This document shows positions 18,155 through 26,164 of a stretch of 32,000 bases of DNA, in pieces. How positions within the stretch are numbered: position 1 is the stretch's first letter; each line of letters starts with the position of its first letter. Made by a program: the position numbers and the translations under genes. Below the pieces are notes generated by a model. That model saw nothing but the letters and a program-made list of their open reading frames with translations, was not told the origin of the DNA and searched no databases. The stretch covers positions 450,001 through 482,000 of the forward strand of contig NC_008340.1 of NCBI RefSeq assembly GCF_000014785.1. The letters run 5' to 3'. This stretch comes from Alkalilimnicola ehrlichii MLHE-1 (GTDB taxonomy: Bacteria; Pseudomonadota; Gammaproteobacteria; Nitrococcales; Halorhodospiraceae).

Positions 18155-20008
18155 TCAGTCCAGCAGGTCCAGGTTTCGCACCGCGCCCTTGTCCGCGCTG
18201 GTGGTCAGCTTGGCGTAGGCTTTCAGGGCCGTGCTGACCTTGCGCTGGCGGGGGGCGGCGGGCTTCCAGGCATCGCGGCCCTTGGCCGCCATGGCCTCGC
18301 GGCGGCGGGCCAATTCCTCGTCGCTGATATCGATGCGGATGCTGCGCTTGGGGATGTCGATGCAGATCCGGTCGCCCGGCTCGATCAGGGCGATGTTGCC
18401 GCCCTCGGCCGCCTCCGGGGAGACGTGGCCGATGGACAGCCCCGAGGTGCCGCCGGAGAAGCGGCCGTCGGTGATCAGCGCGCAGTCCTTGCCCAGGCCG
18501 CGGGACTTGAGGTAGCTGGTGGGGTAGAGCATCTCCTGCATGCCCGGCCCGCCCCGCGGCCCCTCGTAGCGGATGATGACCACATTGCCCTTCTTCACCT
18601 GGCCGCCGAGAATCCCCTCCACGGCGGCGTCCTGGCTCTCGAAGATCACCGCCGGCCCTTCGAAGGTGAGGATGGACTCATCCACCCCGGCGGTCTTCAC
18701 GATGCAGCCCCGCTCGGCCAGGTTGCCGTAGAGCACCGCCAGCCCGCCGTCCTTGCTGTAGGCGTGCTCCAGGGTACGGATGCAGCCGCACTCCCGGTCC
18801 AGGTCCAGTTCTTCGAAGCGGGTGGACTGGCTGAAGGCGGTCTGGCTGGGGACGCCGGCCGGACCGGCCTTGAAGAAGTCGTGCACCGCCGGGTCGTCGG
18901 TGCGTTTGACGTCCCAGCGTTCCAGGGCCTCGGCCAGGGTGTCGCTGTGGACCGTGGGCACGGTGGTGTCCAGCAGGTTGGCCCGGTCCAGCTCGCCGAG
19001 GATGCCCATGATGCCGCCGGCCCGGTGCACGTCCTCCATGTGAAAGAGCGGGGTGGCGGGGGCGACCTTGCAGAGGTTGGGCACCTTCCGGGAGAGCTTG
19101 TCGATGTCGACCATGTCGAACTTGACCTCGCCCTCCTGGGCGGCGGCCAGCAGGTGCAGCACCGTGTTGGTGGACCCGCCCATGGCGATGTCCAGGCTCA
19201 TGGCGTTGCGGAAGGCGGACCGGCTGGCGATGTTGCGCGGCAGGCAGCGCTCGTCGTCCTGCTCGTAGTAGCGCCGGGCCAGTTCCACCACCGTGCGCCC
19301 GGCATCGCGGAACAGGCGCTCGCGGTCGGTGTGGGTGGCCAGCAGCGAGCCGTTGCCCGGCAGGCTCAGGCCCAGGGCCTCGGTGAGGCAGTTCATGGAG
19401 TTGGCGGTGAACATGCCGGAGCAGGAGCCGCAGGTGGGGCAGGCGGAGCGCTCGTAGATGGCCACGTCCTCGTCGGAGACCTCCGGGTTGGCCGCGGCCA
19501 CCATGGCATCCACCAGGTCGGTGGCGATCTCCTCGCCGCTGGCCAGCTTCGTCTTGCCCGCCTCCATGGGCCCGCCGGAGACGAACACCACGGGGATGTT
19601 CAGCCGCATGGCGGCCATCAGCATGCCGGGGGTGATCTTGTCGCAGTTGGAGATGCACACCAGCGCGTCGGCGCAGTGGGCATTGACCATGTACTCCACC
19701 GAGTCGGCAATGATGTCCCGGCTGGGCAGGCTGTAGAGCATGCCGTCGTGGCCCATGGCGATGCCGTCGTCCACGGCGATGGTGTCGAACTCCTTGCCCA
19801 CGCCGCCGGCCTTTTCGATCTCTTCGATCACCAGCTGCCCCAGGTCCTTCAGGTGGACGTGGCCGGGGACGAACTGGGTGAAGGAGTTGGCGACGGCGAT
19901 GATGGGCTTGTCGAAGTCGCCATCCTTCATGCCGGTGGCCCGCCAGAGGGCGCGGGCGCCCGCCATGTTGCGACCGGCGGTGGACGTCTTGGAGCGATAC
20001 TGCGGCAT
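18155..20008 (-). CDS. ilvD: Dihydroxy-acid dehydratase
   Basis: 617 aa: [97 protein letters not shown]. Confidence 0.98.
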   Translation of the reverse strand: MPQYRSKTSTAGRNMAGARALWRATGMKDGDFDKPIIAVANSFTQFVPGHVHLKDLGQLVIEEIEKAGGVGKEFDTIAVDDGIAMGHDGMLYSLPSRDIIADSVEYMVNAHCADALVCISNCDKITPGMLMAAMRLNIPVVFVSGGPMEAGKTKLASGEEIATDLVDAMVAAANPEVSDEDVAIYERSACPTCGSCSGMFTANSMNCLTEALGLSLPGNGSLLATHTDRERLFRDAGRTVVELARRYYEQDDERCLPRNIASRSAFRNAMSLDIAMGGSTNTVLHLLAAAQEGEVKFDMVDIDKLSRKVPNLCKVAPATPLFHMEDVHRAGGIMGILGELDRANLLDTTVPTVHSDTLAEALERWDVKRTDDPAVHDFFKAGPAGVPSQTAFSQSTRFEELDLDRECGCIRTLEHAYSKDGGLAVLYGNLAERGCIVKTAGVDESILTFEGPAVIFESQDAAVEGILGGQVKKGNVVIIRYEGPRGGPGMQEMLYPTSYLKSRGLGKDCALITDGRFSGGTSGLSIGHVSPEAAEGGNIALIEPGDRICIDIPKRSIRIDISDEELARRREAMAAKGRDAWKPAAPRQRKVSTALKAYAKLTTSADKGAVRNLDLLD

Positions 20009-20199
20009 GGTTGACCTCTGCGTTCGGGATTTCGCGGTTAGCCGTCCATTATTGGGTTTTGCGGGGCTGAGGGGAACCCCTTACCGCCATCGACCAGTGG
20101 GAAAGCCGTCACTGCCAGCAAAGCTGGAGTGGCAGTCCAGGGCCTGTGGATCGCCGCGTCGCTGCGCTCCTCGCGATGACGGGGGTGGCACCCCCACCC

Positions 20200-20368
20200 G
20201 TCACTGCGAGGAGCGAAGCGACGCGGCAGTCCATGCGGCGCCTGGATCGCCCCGGGCCTGCAGCCCTTGCGATGACGGGGGTGGCACCCCCACCGTCACT
20301 GCGAGGAGCGCAGCGACGCGGCAGTCTACCGCTCTGGATCGCCACGGGCCTTCGGCCCTCGCGATGAC
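20200..20368 (+). repeat. Palindromic interspersed repeat array 1 (two full units plus a hybrid/short unit upstream)
   Basis: Units at 20200-20276 and 20295-20368: GTCACTGCGAGGAGCGMAGCGACGCGGCAGTC...GGATCGCC.CGGGCCT..GCCCT.GCGATGAC, separated by GGGG(G)TGGCACCCCCACC. A related shortened form lies at about 20149-20180. Confidence 0.92.
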
Positions 20369-20431
20369 GGGGAGGGGGTCTTCAGCCCGCACCCGCAGGC
20401 CGCGTGGCGGCATCTCCGGCCGCCAGACGTC

Positions 20432-21001
20432 TTACGGCGCGTCTTCCGGCCGCTGGCGCTCGTGAAGCCAGTAGACCTCCTCGCCGCCGCCCTGGCGGGC
20501 GATGCGGCGGGCGGCGACGAACAGCAGGTCGGAGAGGCGGTTCAGGTAGCTGAGCAGGGGGCCGCTCACCGGGCCGTCGCTGGCGTTCAGGGCCACGACC
20601 AACCGCTCGGCCCGGCGGCAGATGGCGCGGGCCAGGTGGCAGTGGCTGGCGGCCGGGTTGCCGCCGGGGAGGATGAACTCCTTGAGCGGCGGCAGCTCGG
20701 CGTTCAGGTTGTCCAGTAGGGCTTCCAGTGCCTCCACCCGGGCGGTATCCACCGATTGGTAGCCGGGCAGGCTGAGTTCGGCGCCCATGTCGAACAGCCG
20801 GTGCTGGACCGGTGTCAGGGCCTCGCGTACGGGTTCAGGGATGTCCTGTGCCAGGACGATGCCCAGGGCGCTGTTGAGCTCGTCCAGGGTGCCGATGCAC
20901 TCCAGCCGCAGGTCGGCCTTGGAGAGCCGGCGGCCGTCGGCCAGCGACGTCGTGCCCTGGTCGCCGGTGCGGGTGTAGATCTTGCTCAGGCGGTTGCCCA
21001 T
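20432..21001 (-). CDS. Cob(I)yrinic acid a,c-diamide / cobalamin adenosyltransferase (PduO type)
   Basis: KIYTRTGDQGTTSLADGRRLSKADLRLECIGTLDELNSALG...FILPGGNPAASHCHLARAICRRAERLVVAL...YLNRLSDLLFVAAR. Confidence 0.95.
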   Translation of the reverse strand: MGNRLSKIYTRTGDQGTTSLADGRRLSKADLRLECIGTLDELNSALGIVLAQDIPEPVREALTPVQHRLFDMGAELSLPGYQSVDTARVEALEALLDNLNAELPPLKEFILPGGNPAASHCHLARAICRRAERLVVALNASDGPVSGPLLSYLNRLSDLLFVAARRIARQGGGEEVYWLHERQRPEDAP

Positions 21002-21077
21002 GTGCGCTCCCGGGTGGGTCGGGGGTGGCCGCGTATTCTACCAAGGGCGACGCCCGGTTGCCCGCTGGAGTAGCCTG

Positions 21078-21770
21078 ATGCGGAACCGGATTTCACCCTG
21101 GACGTTTGCGGATATGGCCCCTTCACCCGTTTGCACACCCCGCTGTCTCCTGTGCCACGCGCCCGGTCCAGCGCATTTCGCCAGCCTGCGCGAGGGCGAA
21201 TACTGGCGCTGTCCGGCCTGCGGGCTGACCTTCCTGCACCCGGACGGGCACCCGGATGCCGCGGCCGAGCGGGCGCAGTACGAGACCCATGAGAACGACC
21301 CGCTCGACCCCGGTTACCGGCGGTTCCTCGGCCGGTTGGCCGAGCCGCTGGTCGCACGGCTCCCGGCGGGGGCCGAGGGGCTGGACTACGGCTGCGGGCC
21401 AGGCCCGGCGTTGGCCATGATGCTGCGTGAGGCGGGTTTTCCCACCGCGGTTTACGATCCCTTCTATGTGCCGGATACGGCGCCGTTGGAACGGCAATGG
21501 GATTTCATCACCTGCACCGAGGTGGTGGAACACTTCCACCACCCGGCGGTGGAGTTCGATCGGCTCCACGGCCTGCTCCGGCCCGGGGGCTGGCTGGGGG
21601 TGATGACGGAACTGCTCACGGACGATGCCCGCTTTGCCGGCTGGCGTTACCGGCGGGATCCGACCCATGTGGCGTTCTATTCGGAGGCGGTGCTTACCTG
21701 GATCGCCCGGCGTTACGGTTACGCACTGCAGCGGCCGGGGCGGAATGTGGCGTTGTTCTGCAAACCGTGA
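21078..21770 (+). CDS. Class I SAM-dependent methyltransferase with N-terminal four-Cys zinc-ribbon-like segment
   Basis: CLLCHAPGPAHFASLREGEYWRCPACGLTFLHP followed by EGLDYGCGPGPALAMMLREAG and FHHPAVEFDRLHGLLRPGGWLGVMTELL. Start ambiguous (21078 or 21114). Confidence 0.82.
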   Translation: MRNRISPWTFADMAPSPVCTPRCLLCHAPGPAHFASLREGEYWRCPACGLTFLHPDGHPDAAAERAQYETHENDPLDPGYRRFLGRLAEPLVARLPAGAEGLDYGCGPGPALAMMLREAGFPTAVYDPFYVPDTAPLERQWDFITCTEVVEHFHHPAVEFDRLHGLLRPGGWLGVMTELLTDDARFAGWRYRRDPTHVAFYSEAVLTWIARRYGYALQRPGRNVALFCKP

Positions 21771-21790
21771 TGGCCGGCGGTGCCCGGCGG

Positions 21791-22150
21791 TCAGCGGTTC
21801 TGACGGCGGGTGGCACAGTCCAGGCAGAGCACCACGGCGGGATCGGCCTCCAGGCGGGCGGGGGCGATGGGCTCGCCACACTGGGGGCAGTCCCCGTACT
21901 CGCCGCGCTCGATGCGTTGCAGGGCGGCGTCGATGCGCCTCAGCTCCTGCTCGGCGCGGGCCTGGCTGGCCTTGGCCATGGCCTGGCCCTGGAGGGCGTC
22001 CATGCGGGACAGCCGCCCGGTGCGGGTCTGGTCGAGTTCCACCGTAGCAGCGGATTGCTCGCGCTGGGCCGCGTTGTCCAGCAGTTCGGCCCGGCGCTCC
22101 AGCAGTCGTTGCTTGAGTCGGGGGATGTCTGCTTCTTCAATGTGAGTCAT
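21791..22150 (-). CDS. DksA/TraR-family zinc-finger protein
   Basis: 119 aa: ELRRIDAALQRIERGEYGDCPQCGEPIAPARLEADPAVVLCLDCATRRQ (C-x2-C ... C-x2-C). Confidence 0.88.
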   Translation of the reverse strand: MTHIEEADIPRLKQRLLERRAELLDNAAQREQSAATVELDQTRTGRLSRMDALQGQAMAKASQARAEQELRRIDAALQRIERGEYGDCPQCGEPIAPARLEADPAVVLCLDCATRRQNR

Positions 22151-22203
22151 GGGACCAGCATAACCCAGTGTTCGGGCGTCGTGTATTGAGGGAGGTTTCG
22201 GTC

Positions 22204-22737
22204 ATGCGTATCGACCATGTCGAGGTGGAGTGTCAGCAGGGGGATATCGCAACCCAGGTGGGTATGGACGCGGTGGTGAATGCGGCGAACGCGCAGTTGA
22301 TGCCCGGCGGCGGGGTGGCCGGTGCGTTGCACCGGGCCGCCGGTCCGGGGCTGGCGGAGGAGTGTGCGCCGCTGGCGCCGATCAATCCGGGGCAGGCGGT
22401 CATCACCTCCGGGCATGAGCTGCCGAACCCGTTTGTGATCCATACCCTGGGTCCGGTGTATGGGGTGGACGAGCCGGCGGAGGAGCTGCTGGCGGCCTGT
22501 TACCGCAATTCGCTGCAGCGGGCGGAGGAGTCGGAGCTCCGCTCGGTGGCGTTTCCGGCGATCTCCACCGGGGCGTTCGGGTATCCGTTGGAGCCGGCAA
22601 TCCGGGTGGCGGTGGATACGGTGCTGAAGGCGATCCCGTCGCTGGAGCATGTGCGGCATATCCGGTTTGTGCTGCACGATGCGGGGATGCGGGATCAGTT
22701 CGAGCGGATCCTGGAGGAGATGGCGCAGGGGCGTTAG
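22204..22737 (+). CDS. Stand-alone macro domain protein (O-acetyl-ADP-ribose deacetylase-like)
   Basis: VECQQGDIATQVGMDAVVNAANAQLMPGGGVAGALHRAAGPGL and ISTGAFGYPLEPAIRVAVDTVL are macro domain motifs. Confidence 0.92.
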   Translation: MRIDHVEVECQQGDIATQVGMDAVVNAANAQLMPGGGVAGALHRAAGPGLAEECAPLAPINPGQAVITSGHELPNPFVIHTLGPVYGVDEPAEELLAACYRNSLQRAEESELRSVAFPAISTGAFGYPLEPAIRVAVDTVLKAIPSLEHVRHIRFVLHDAGMRDQFERILEEMAQGR

Positions 22738-22755
22738 GCAAGCGCTGGATTGGCC

Positions 22756-23075
22756 GTCATCGCGAGGGCCGAAGGCTTTCCCCGTCATCGCGAGGGCCGA
22801 AGGCTTTCCCCGTCATCGCGAGGGCCGAAGGCCCGTGGCGATCCATGCGGGGTATGGACTGCCACGTCGCTGCGCTCCTCGCAGTGACGGTGGGGGTGCC
22901 ACCCCCCGTCATCGCGAGGGCCGAAGGCCCGTGGCGATCCAGGGCGGTAGACTGCCACGTCGGCTTCGCCTCCTCGCAGTGACGGTGGGGGCGCTACCCC
23001 CGTCATCGCGAGGGCCGCAGGCCCGTGGCGATCCAGGGCGGTAGACTGCCGCGTCGCTTCGCTCCTCGCAGTGAC
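22756..23075 (-). repeat. Palindromic interspersed repeat array 2 (two 28-bp truncated units plus three full units)
   Basis: GTCATCGCGAGGGCCGAAGGCTTTCCCC at 22756 and 22784. Full units 22812-22888, 22908-22983, 23002-23075 of the same family as array 1, in opposite orientation. Confidence 0.92.
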
Positions 23076-23183
23076 GGGGGGATGGGTTCGCTCCTCGCAT
23101 TGATGGGTGGGGACGGGTTCGCTCACTCGTAGTGAGTGACGGTGGGGGGCCTTCCCGCAGTGGTGGTGTGGGGCCGCCCGGGC

Positions 23184-23684
23184 TCAGCGGCGGCGCTCCA
23201 GGGTCTGGTAGGTGAGGGGCCAGTCGTTGGTTTCTTCGCTGGGGGGCTGCTGCTCGGCGACGACCTGCCAGTCCGCGGGGTCGATGTCGGGGAAGAAGGT
23301 GTCGCCGGGCACTTCGGTGTGGACCCGGGTGAGTTCCAGGCGGTCGGCCCGGGGTAGGAAGAGGCGGTAGATCTCCTCGCCGCCAATCACCATCACCTCT
23401 TCCACGTCGCCCGCGGCCGCCAACGCGGCCTCGGGGTCGTGGACCACGGTGCAGCCCTCGGCCTGCCAGTCCCGGCGACGGGTGAGCACGATGTTGTGGC
23501 GGCCCGGCAGGGGGCGGCCGATGGACTCGTAGTTGCGCCGGCCCATGATGAGGGGGCGGCCCTGGGTGCGGGCCTTGAAGCGCTTCAGGTCGGCGGGGAT
23601 GCGCCAGGGCAGGTCGTTGTCGCGGCCGATGACGCCGTTATCGGCCAGGGCGGCGATGAGGGTGATCTCGGGGCGTGGGCTCAT
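23184..23684 (-). CDS. folA: Dihydrofolate reductase
   Basis: ITLIAALADNGVIGRDNDLPWRIPADLKRFKARTQGRPLIMGRRNYESIGRPLPGRHNIVLTR...VMVIGGEEIYRLFLP. Confidence 0.97.
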   Translation of the reverse strand: MSPRPEITLIAALADNGVIGRDNDLPWRIPADLKRFKARTQGRPLIMGRRNYESIGRPLPGRHNIVLTRRRDWQAEGCTVVHDPEAALAAAGDVEEVMVIGGEEIYRLFLPRADRLELTRVHTEVPGDTFFPDIDPADWQVVAEQQPPSEETNDWPLTYQTLERRR

Positions 23685-23706
23685 ACGCTTGGCGGCTCCA
23701 GTCGGG

Positions 23707-24429
23707 TCAGCCCGGCAGCAGGGCGGGCAGCAGCGGTAGTATCAGAGCGGTCAGTATACCGGCAAGGCCGAGCCCCAGACCGGCGAAGGCGCCGGCCAGG
23801 GCGCTGATGCCGAAGGCCTGGGCGGTGCCGAAGCCGTGGGCGGCCACACCCAGGGCAAAGCCGCGGACGCTCTCGTCGCGCAGGCGCAGCACCCGGAAGA
23901 CCAACGGCGCGGTGATGCAGCCCATGGTGCCGGTGATCAGGACCAGACCGGCGGTGAGCGAGGGCAGGCCGCCGATCCTTTCGGCGATGCCCATGGCTAT
24001 GGGCGAGGTGACCGACTTGGGGGCCAGCGAGAGCAGGGTCTCGCGGCTGGCGCCCAGGGCCAGGGCCACGCCGACGGCGCTGAGCGCAGCGGTGGCGGCG
24101 CCCGCGGTGCCGGCGACCAGCAGCGGTATCAGCAGCTTGCGGATGCGCTCCAGGTGGTCGTAGAGCGGGATGGCCAGCGCCACGGTGGCCGGGCCGAGCA
24201 GGAAGTGGATGTACTGGGCACCGTCGAAGTAGGTCTGGTACTCGATGCCGGTGACCCACAGGAAGCCCATTAGCAGCACAATGGCCGGCAGTACGGGGTG
24301 GGCCAAGGGATGGCGGCCGGCGCGCTCCCAGAGCCAGGTGGCGGCCAGGAAGGCGAGCAGGGTGGCGGTGAGCCCCAGCAGCGGGCTGTCGGACAGAAAG
24401 ACCCAGAAGGCGCCCAGTTCATCCGTCAT
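23707..24429 (-). CDS. LrgB/CidB family protein
   Basis: 240 aa multi-TM with LLGPATVALAIPLYDHLERI, LAPKSVTSPIAMGIAERIGG and HGFGTAQAFGISALAGAFAGLGLGLAGI. Confidence 0.93.
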   Translation of the reverse strand: MTDELGAFWVFLSDSPLLGLTATLLAFLAATWLWERAGRHPLAHPVLPAIVLLMGFLWVTGIEYQTYFDGAQYIHFLLGPATVALAIPLYDHLERIRKLLIPLLVAGTAGAATAALSAVGVALALGASRETLLSLAPKSVTSPIAMGIAERIGGLPSLTAGLVLITGTMGCITAPLVFRVLRLRDESVRGFALGVAAHGFGTAQAFGISALAGAFAGLGLGLAGILTALILPLLPALLPG

Positions 24430-24769
24430 GGCGACGCCTCCGCTGCAGCACCTGCAGCAGCCAGCCGGTGACCGCGAGGGTGAGCACGGTGCTGACTAGC
24501 AGCGCCACCAGGATGGCCAATCCGTCCTGGCCGATCAGGCGCAGGTGCGCCATCAGCCCCACCCCCGCCGGCACGAAGAGCAGCGCCAGGTAGGCCAGCA
24601 GCCCCTCCCCCGCCAGACGCAGGCCCTTGGGGACCCCGCCGCGGATGACCAGGGCGGCGAACAGCAGCATCATGCCGATCACCGGGCCGGGGATGGGCAG
24701 ATGGAGGACCCGGGAGAGGAACTCCCCGACCAACTGGAAGACCAGCAACAGGGCAAAGCCGTTGAGCAT
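24419..24769 (-). CDS. LrgA/CidA family protein
   Basis: 116 aa: LNGFALLLVFQLVGEFLSRVLHLPIPGPVIGMMLLFAAL...LLFVPAGVGLMAHL; overlaps the lrgB-like gene by 11 bp. Confidence 0.93.
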   Translation of the reverse strand: MLNGFALLLVFQLVGEFLSRVLHLPIPGPVIGMMLLFAALVIRGGVPKGLRLAGEGLLAYLALLFVPAGVGLMAHLRLIGQDGLAILVALLVSTVLTLAVTGWLLQVLQRRRRHDG

Positions 24770-24773
24770 GGCC

Positions 24774-25448
24774 TCAGTCCACGGTGGCCGCGTGTTCCCG
24801 CAGCGAGATCACCGGCCAGCCGCGGTCGAGGGCGGTCTCGCGTAGGGCCGGGTCCGGGTCCACGGCGACCGGATGCTCCACTCGCTCCAGCAGGGGCAGG
24901 TCGTTGTGCGAGTCGCTGTAGAACCAGCGGTACTCCGGGGGCGCGGGTTGCCGGGCGAGCCATTCGTCCAGTGCCTTGACCTTGCCGGCCTGGAAGGTGG
25001 GTGTGCCCACGTGGCGGCCGGTGTAGCGCCCGTCCCGCCATTCCGGTTCGGTGGCCAGCAATGCCTCCACGCCCAGCAATTCAGCGATGGGGCCGGTGAC
25101 GAAGCGGTTGGTAGCGGTGATGATCATGAGCTGATGCCCCTGTTTGCGATGCTCGGCGAGCAAGCGCTCACCGGCCGGGAGCACGATGGGCCGGATGTAG
25201 GTCTCCAGGAACTCACGCCGCCAGGCCCAGAGCCTCTCCGGTGGGTTCTGCGCCAGCGGGGCGAGCGTGAACCGCAGGAAGGCGTCGATATCGAGGCGGC
25301 CTTCCTGGTAATCGCGGTAGAATCGCTCGTTGGCCTCGCGGTAGGCTTGCTCATCCACCAGGCCCCTGGCGACCAGAAACTCGCCCCACAGGTAATCACT
25401 GTCCCCGGCGAGCAGGGTGTTGTCCAGATCAAAGATTGCCAGCTTCAT
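24774..25448 (-). CDS. HAD-superfamily (SerB-like, HAD-IB) phosphatase
   Basis: [26 protein letters not shown]...[35 protein letters not shown]...[28 protein letters not shown]. Confidence 0.93.
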   Translation of the reverse strand: MKLAIFDLDNTLLAGDSDYLWGEFLVARGLVDEQAYREANERFYRDYQEGRLDIDAFLRFTLAPLAQNPPERLWAWRREFLETYIRPIVLPAGERLLAEHRKQGHQLMIITATNRFVTGPIAELLGVEALLATEPEWRDGRYTGRHVGTPTFQAGKVKALDEWLARQPAPPEYRWFYSDSHNDLPLLERVEHPVAVDPDPALRETALDRGWPVISLREHAATVD

Positions 25449-25601
25449 GTTGTGCTTTCCGAGTCCCATGAAAACCAACTAATGTTAACAGCCAAGGGCG
25501 GTATGCTGGGCGGGAAGCGGGGAGGCGCCCATCGCGTTTGTTTGGAACGGCTCGACTATGAAAGAATAAGTTAGGGCAACGACTGGCTCGAGGTTTTGTA
25601 A

Positions 25602-26147
25602 GTGGTTGATTCGGATGGTTTCAGGCCCAATGTCGGGATAATTCTGGCGAATGCGGCCGGCCAGGTCTTCTGGGCCCGGCGTATCGGTCAGAATGCCTGG
25701 CAGTTTCCCCAGGGGGGGATCAAGGCCCAGGAGACCCCCGAGGAGGCCCTCTTCCGCGAGCTCGAGGAGGAGGTGGGGCTGGCGCCGGCGGATGTGGAGG
25801 TGATGGGCTGCACCCGGGGCTGGCTGCGCTACCGCCTGCCACGCCGCCTGATCCGCAGCCGAAGCCGCCCCGTCTGCATCGGGCAGAAACAGGTCTGGTT
25901 CCTCCTGCGGCTGGTGGGTGAGGAGGAGCAGGTGCAGCTTGACCGCTCCGAACGCCCGGAATTCGACCACTGGCGCTGGGTGGACTTCTGGCATCCGGTG
26001 CAAGAGGTGGTGTTCTTCAAGCGGCGGGTCTATACCCGGGCCCTGCAGGAGCTCGGCCCGCTGCTCTTTCCGGACGGCCTGCCCCGGCAACCCCCGGTCG
26101 GCCGGCCCCGGCGCTCCGCCCCTCCGCGCGGCTGCCGGCGCGCCTGA
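25602..26147 (+). CDS. rppH: RNA pyrophosphohydrolase (Nudix), GTG start
   Basis: [60 protein letters not shown]; precedes ptsP as in many proteobacteria. Confidence 0.96.
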   Translation: MVDSDGFRPNVGIILANAAGQVFWARRIGQNAWQFPQGGIKAQETPEEALFRELEEEVGLAPADVEVMGCTRGWLRYRLPRRLIRSRSRPVCIGQKQVWFLLRLVGEEEQVQLDRSERPEFDHWRWVDFWHPVQEVVFFKRRVYTRALQELGPLLFPDGLPRQPPVGRPRRSAPPRGCRRA

Positions 26148-26164
26148 GATCGGGAGTCATCGGC

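Noticed and set aside
19740-20465. 241-aa plus-strand ORF overlapping the ilvD 5' end and repeat array 1
   Set aside because: Antisense to ilvD, then translation of the repeat (SLRGAQRRG-type peptides). No independent coding evidence.
20200-23075. CRISPR-like periodicity (about 95 bp) of the palindromic repeat arrays
   Set aside because: Units are 74-77 bp imperfect palindromes with a conserved, not unique, linker. There are no unique spacers and no cas genes in the window.
23707-24769. lrgA/lrgB pair as a programmed-death or abortive-infection module
   Set aside because: LrgAB/CidAB-like pairs are widespread and often metabolic or transport related, and nothing else in the neighbourhood suggests defence.
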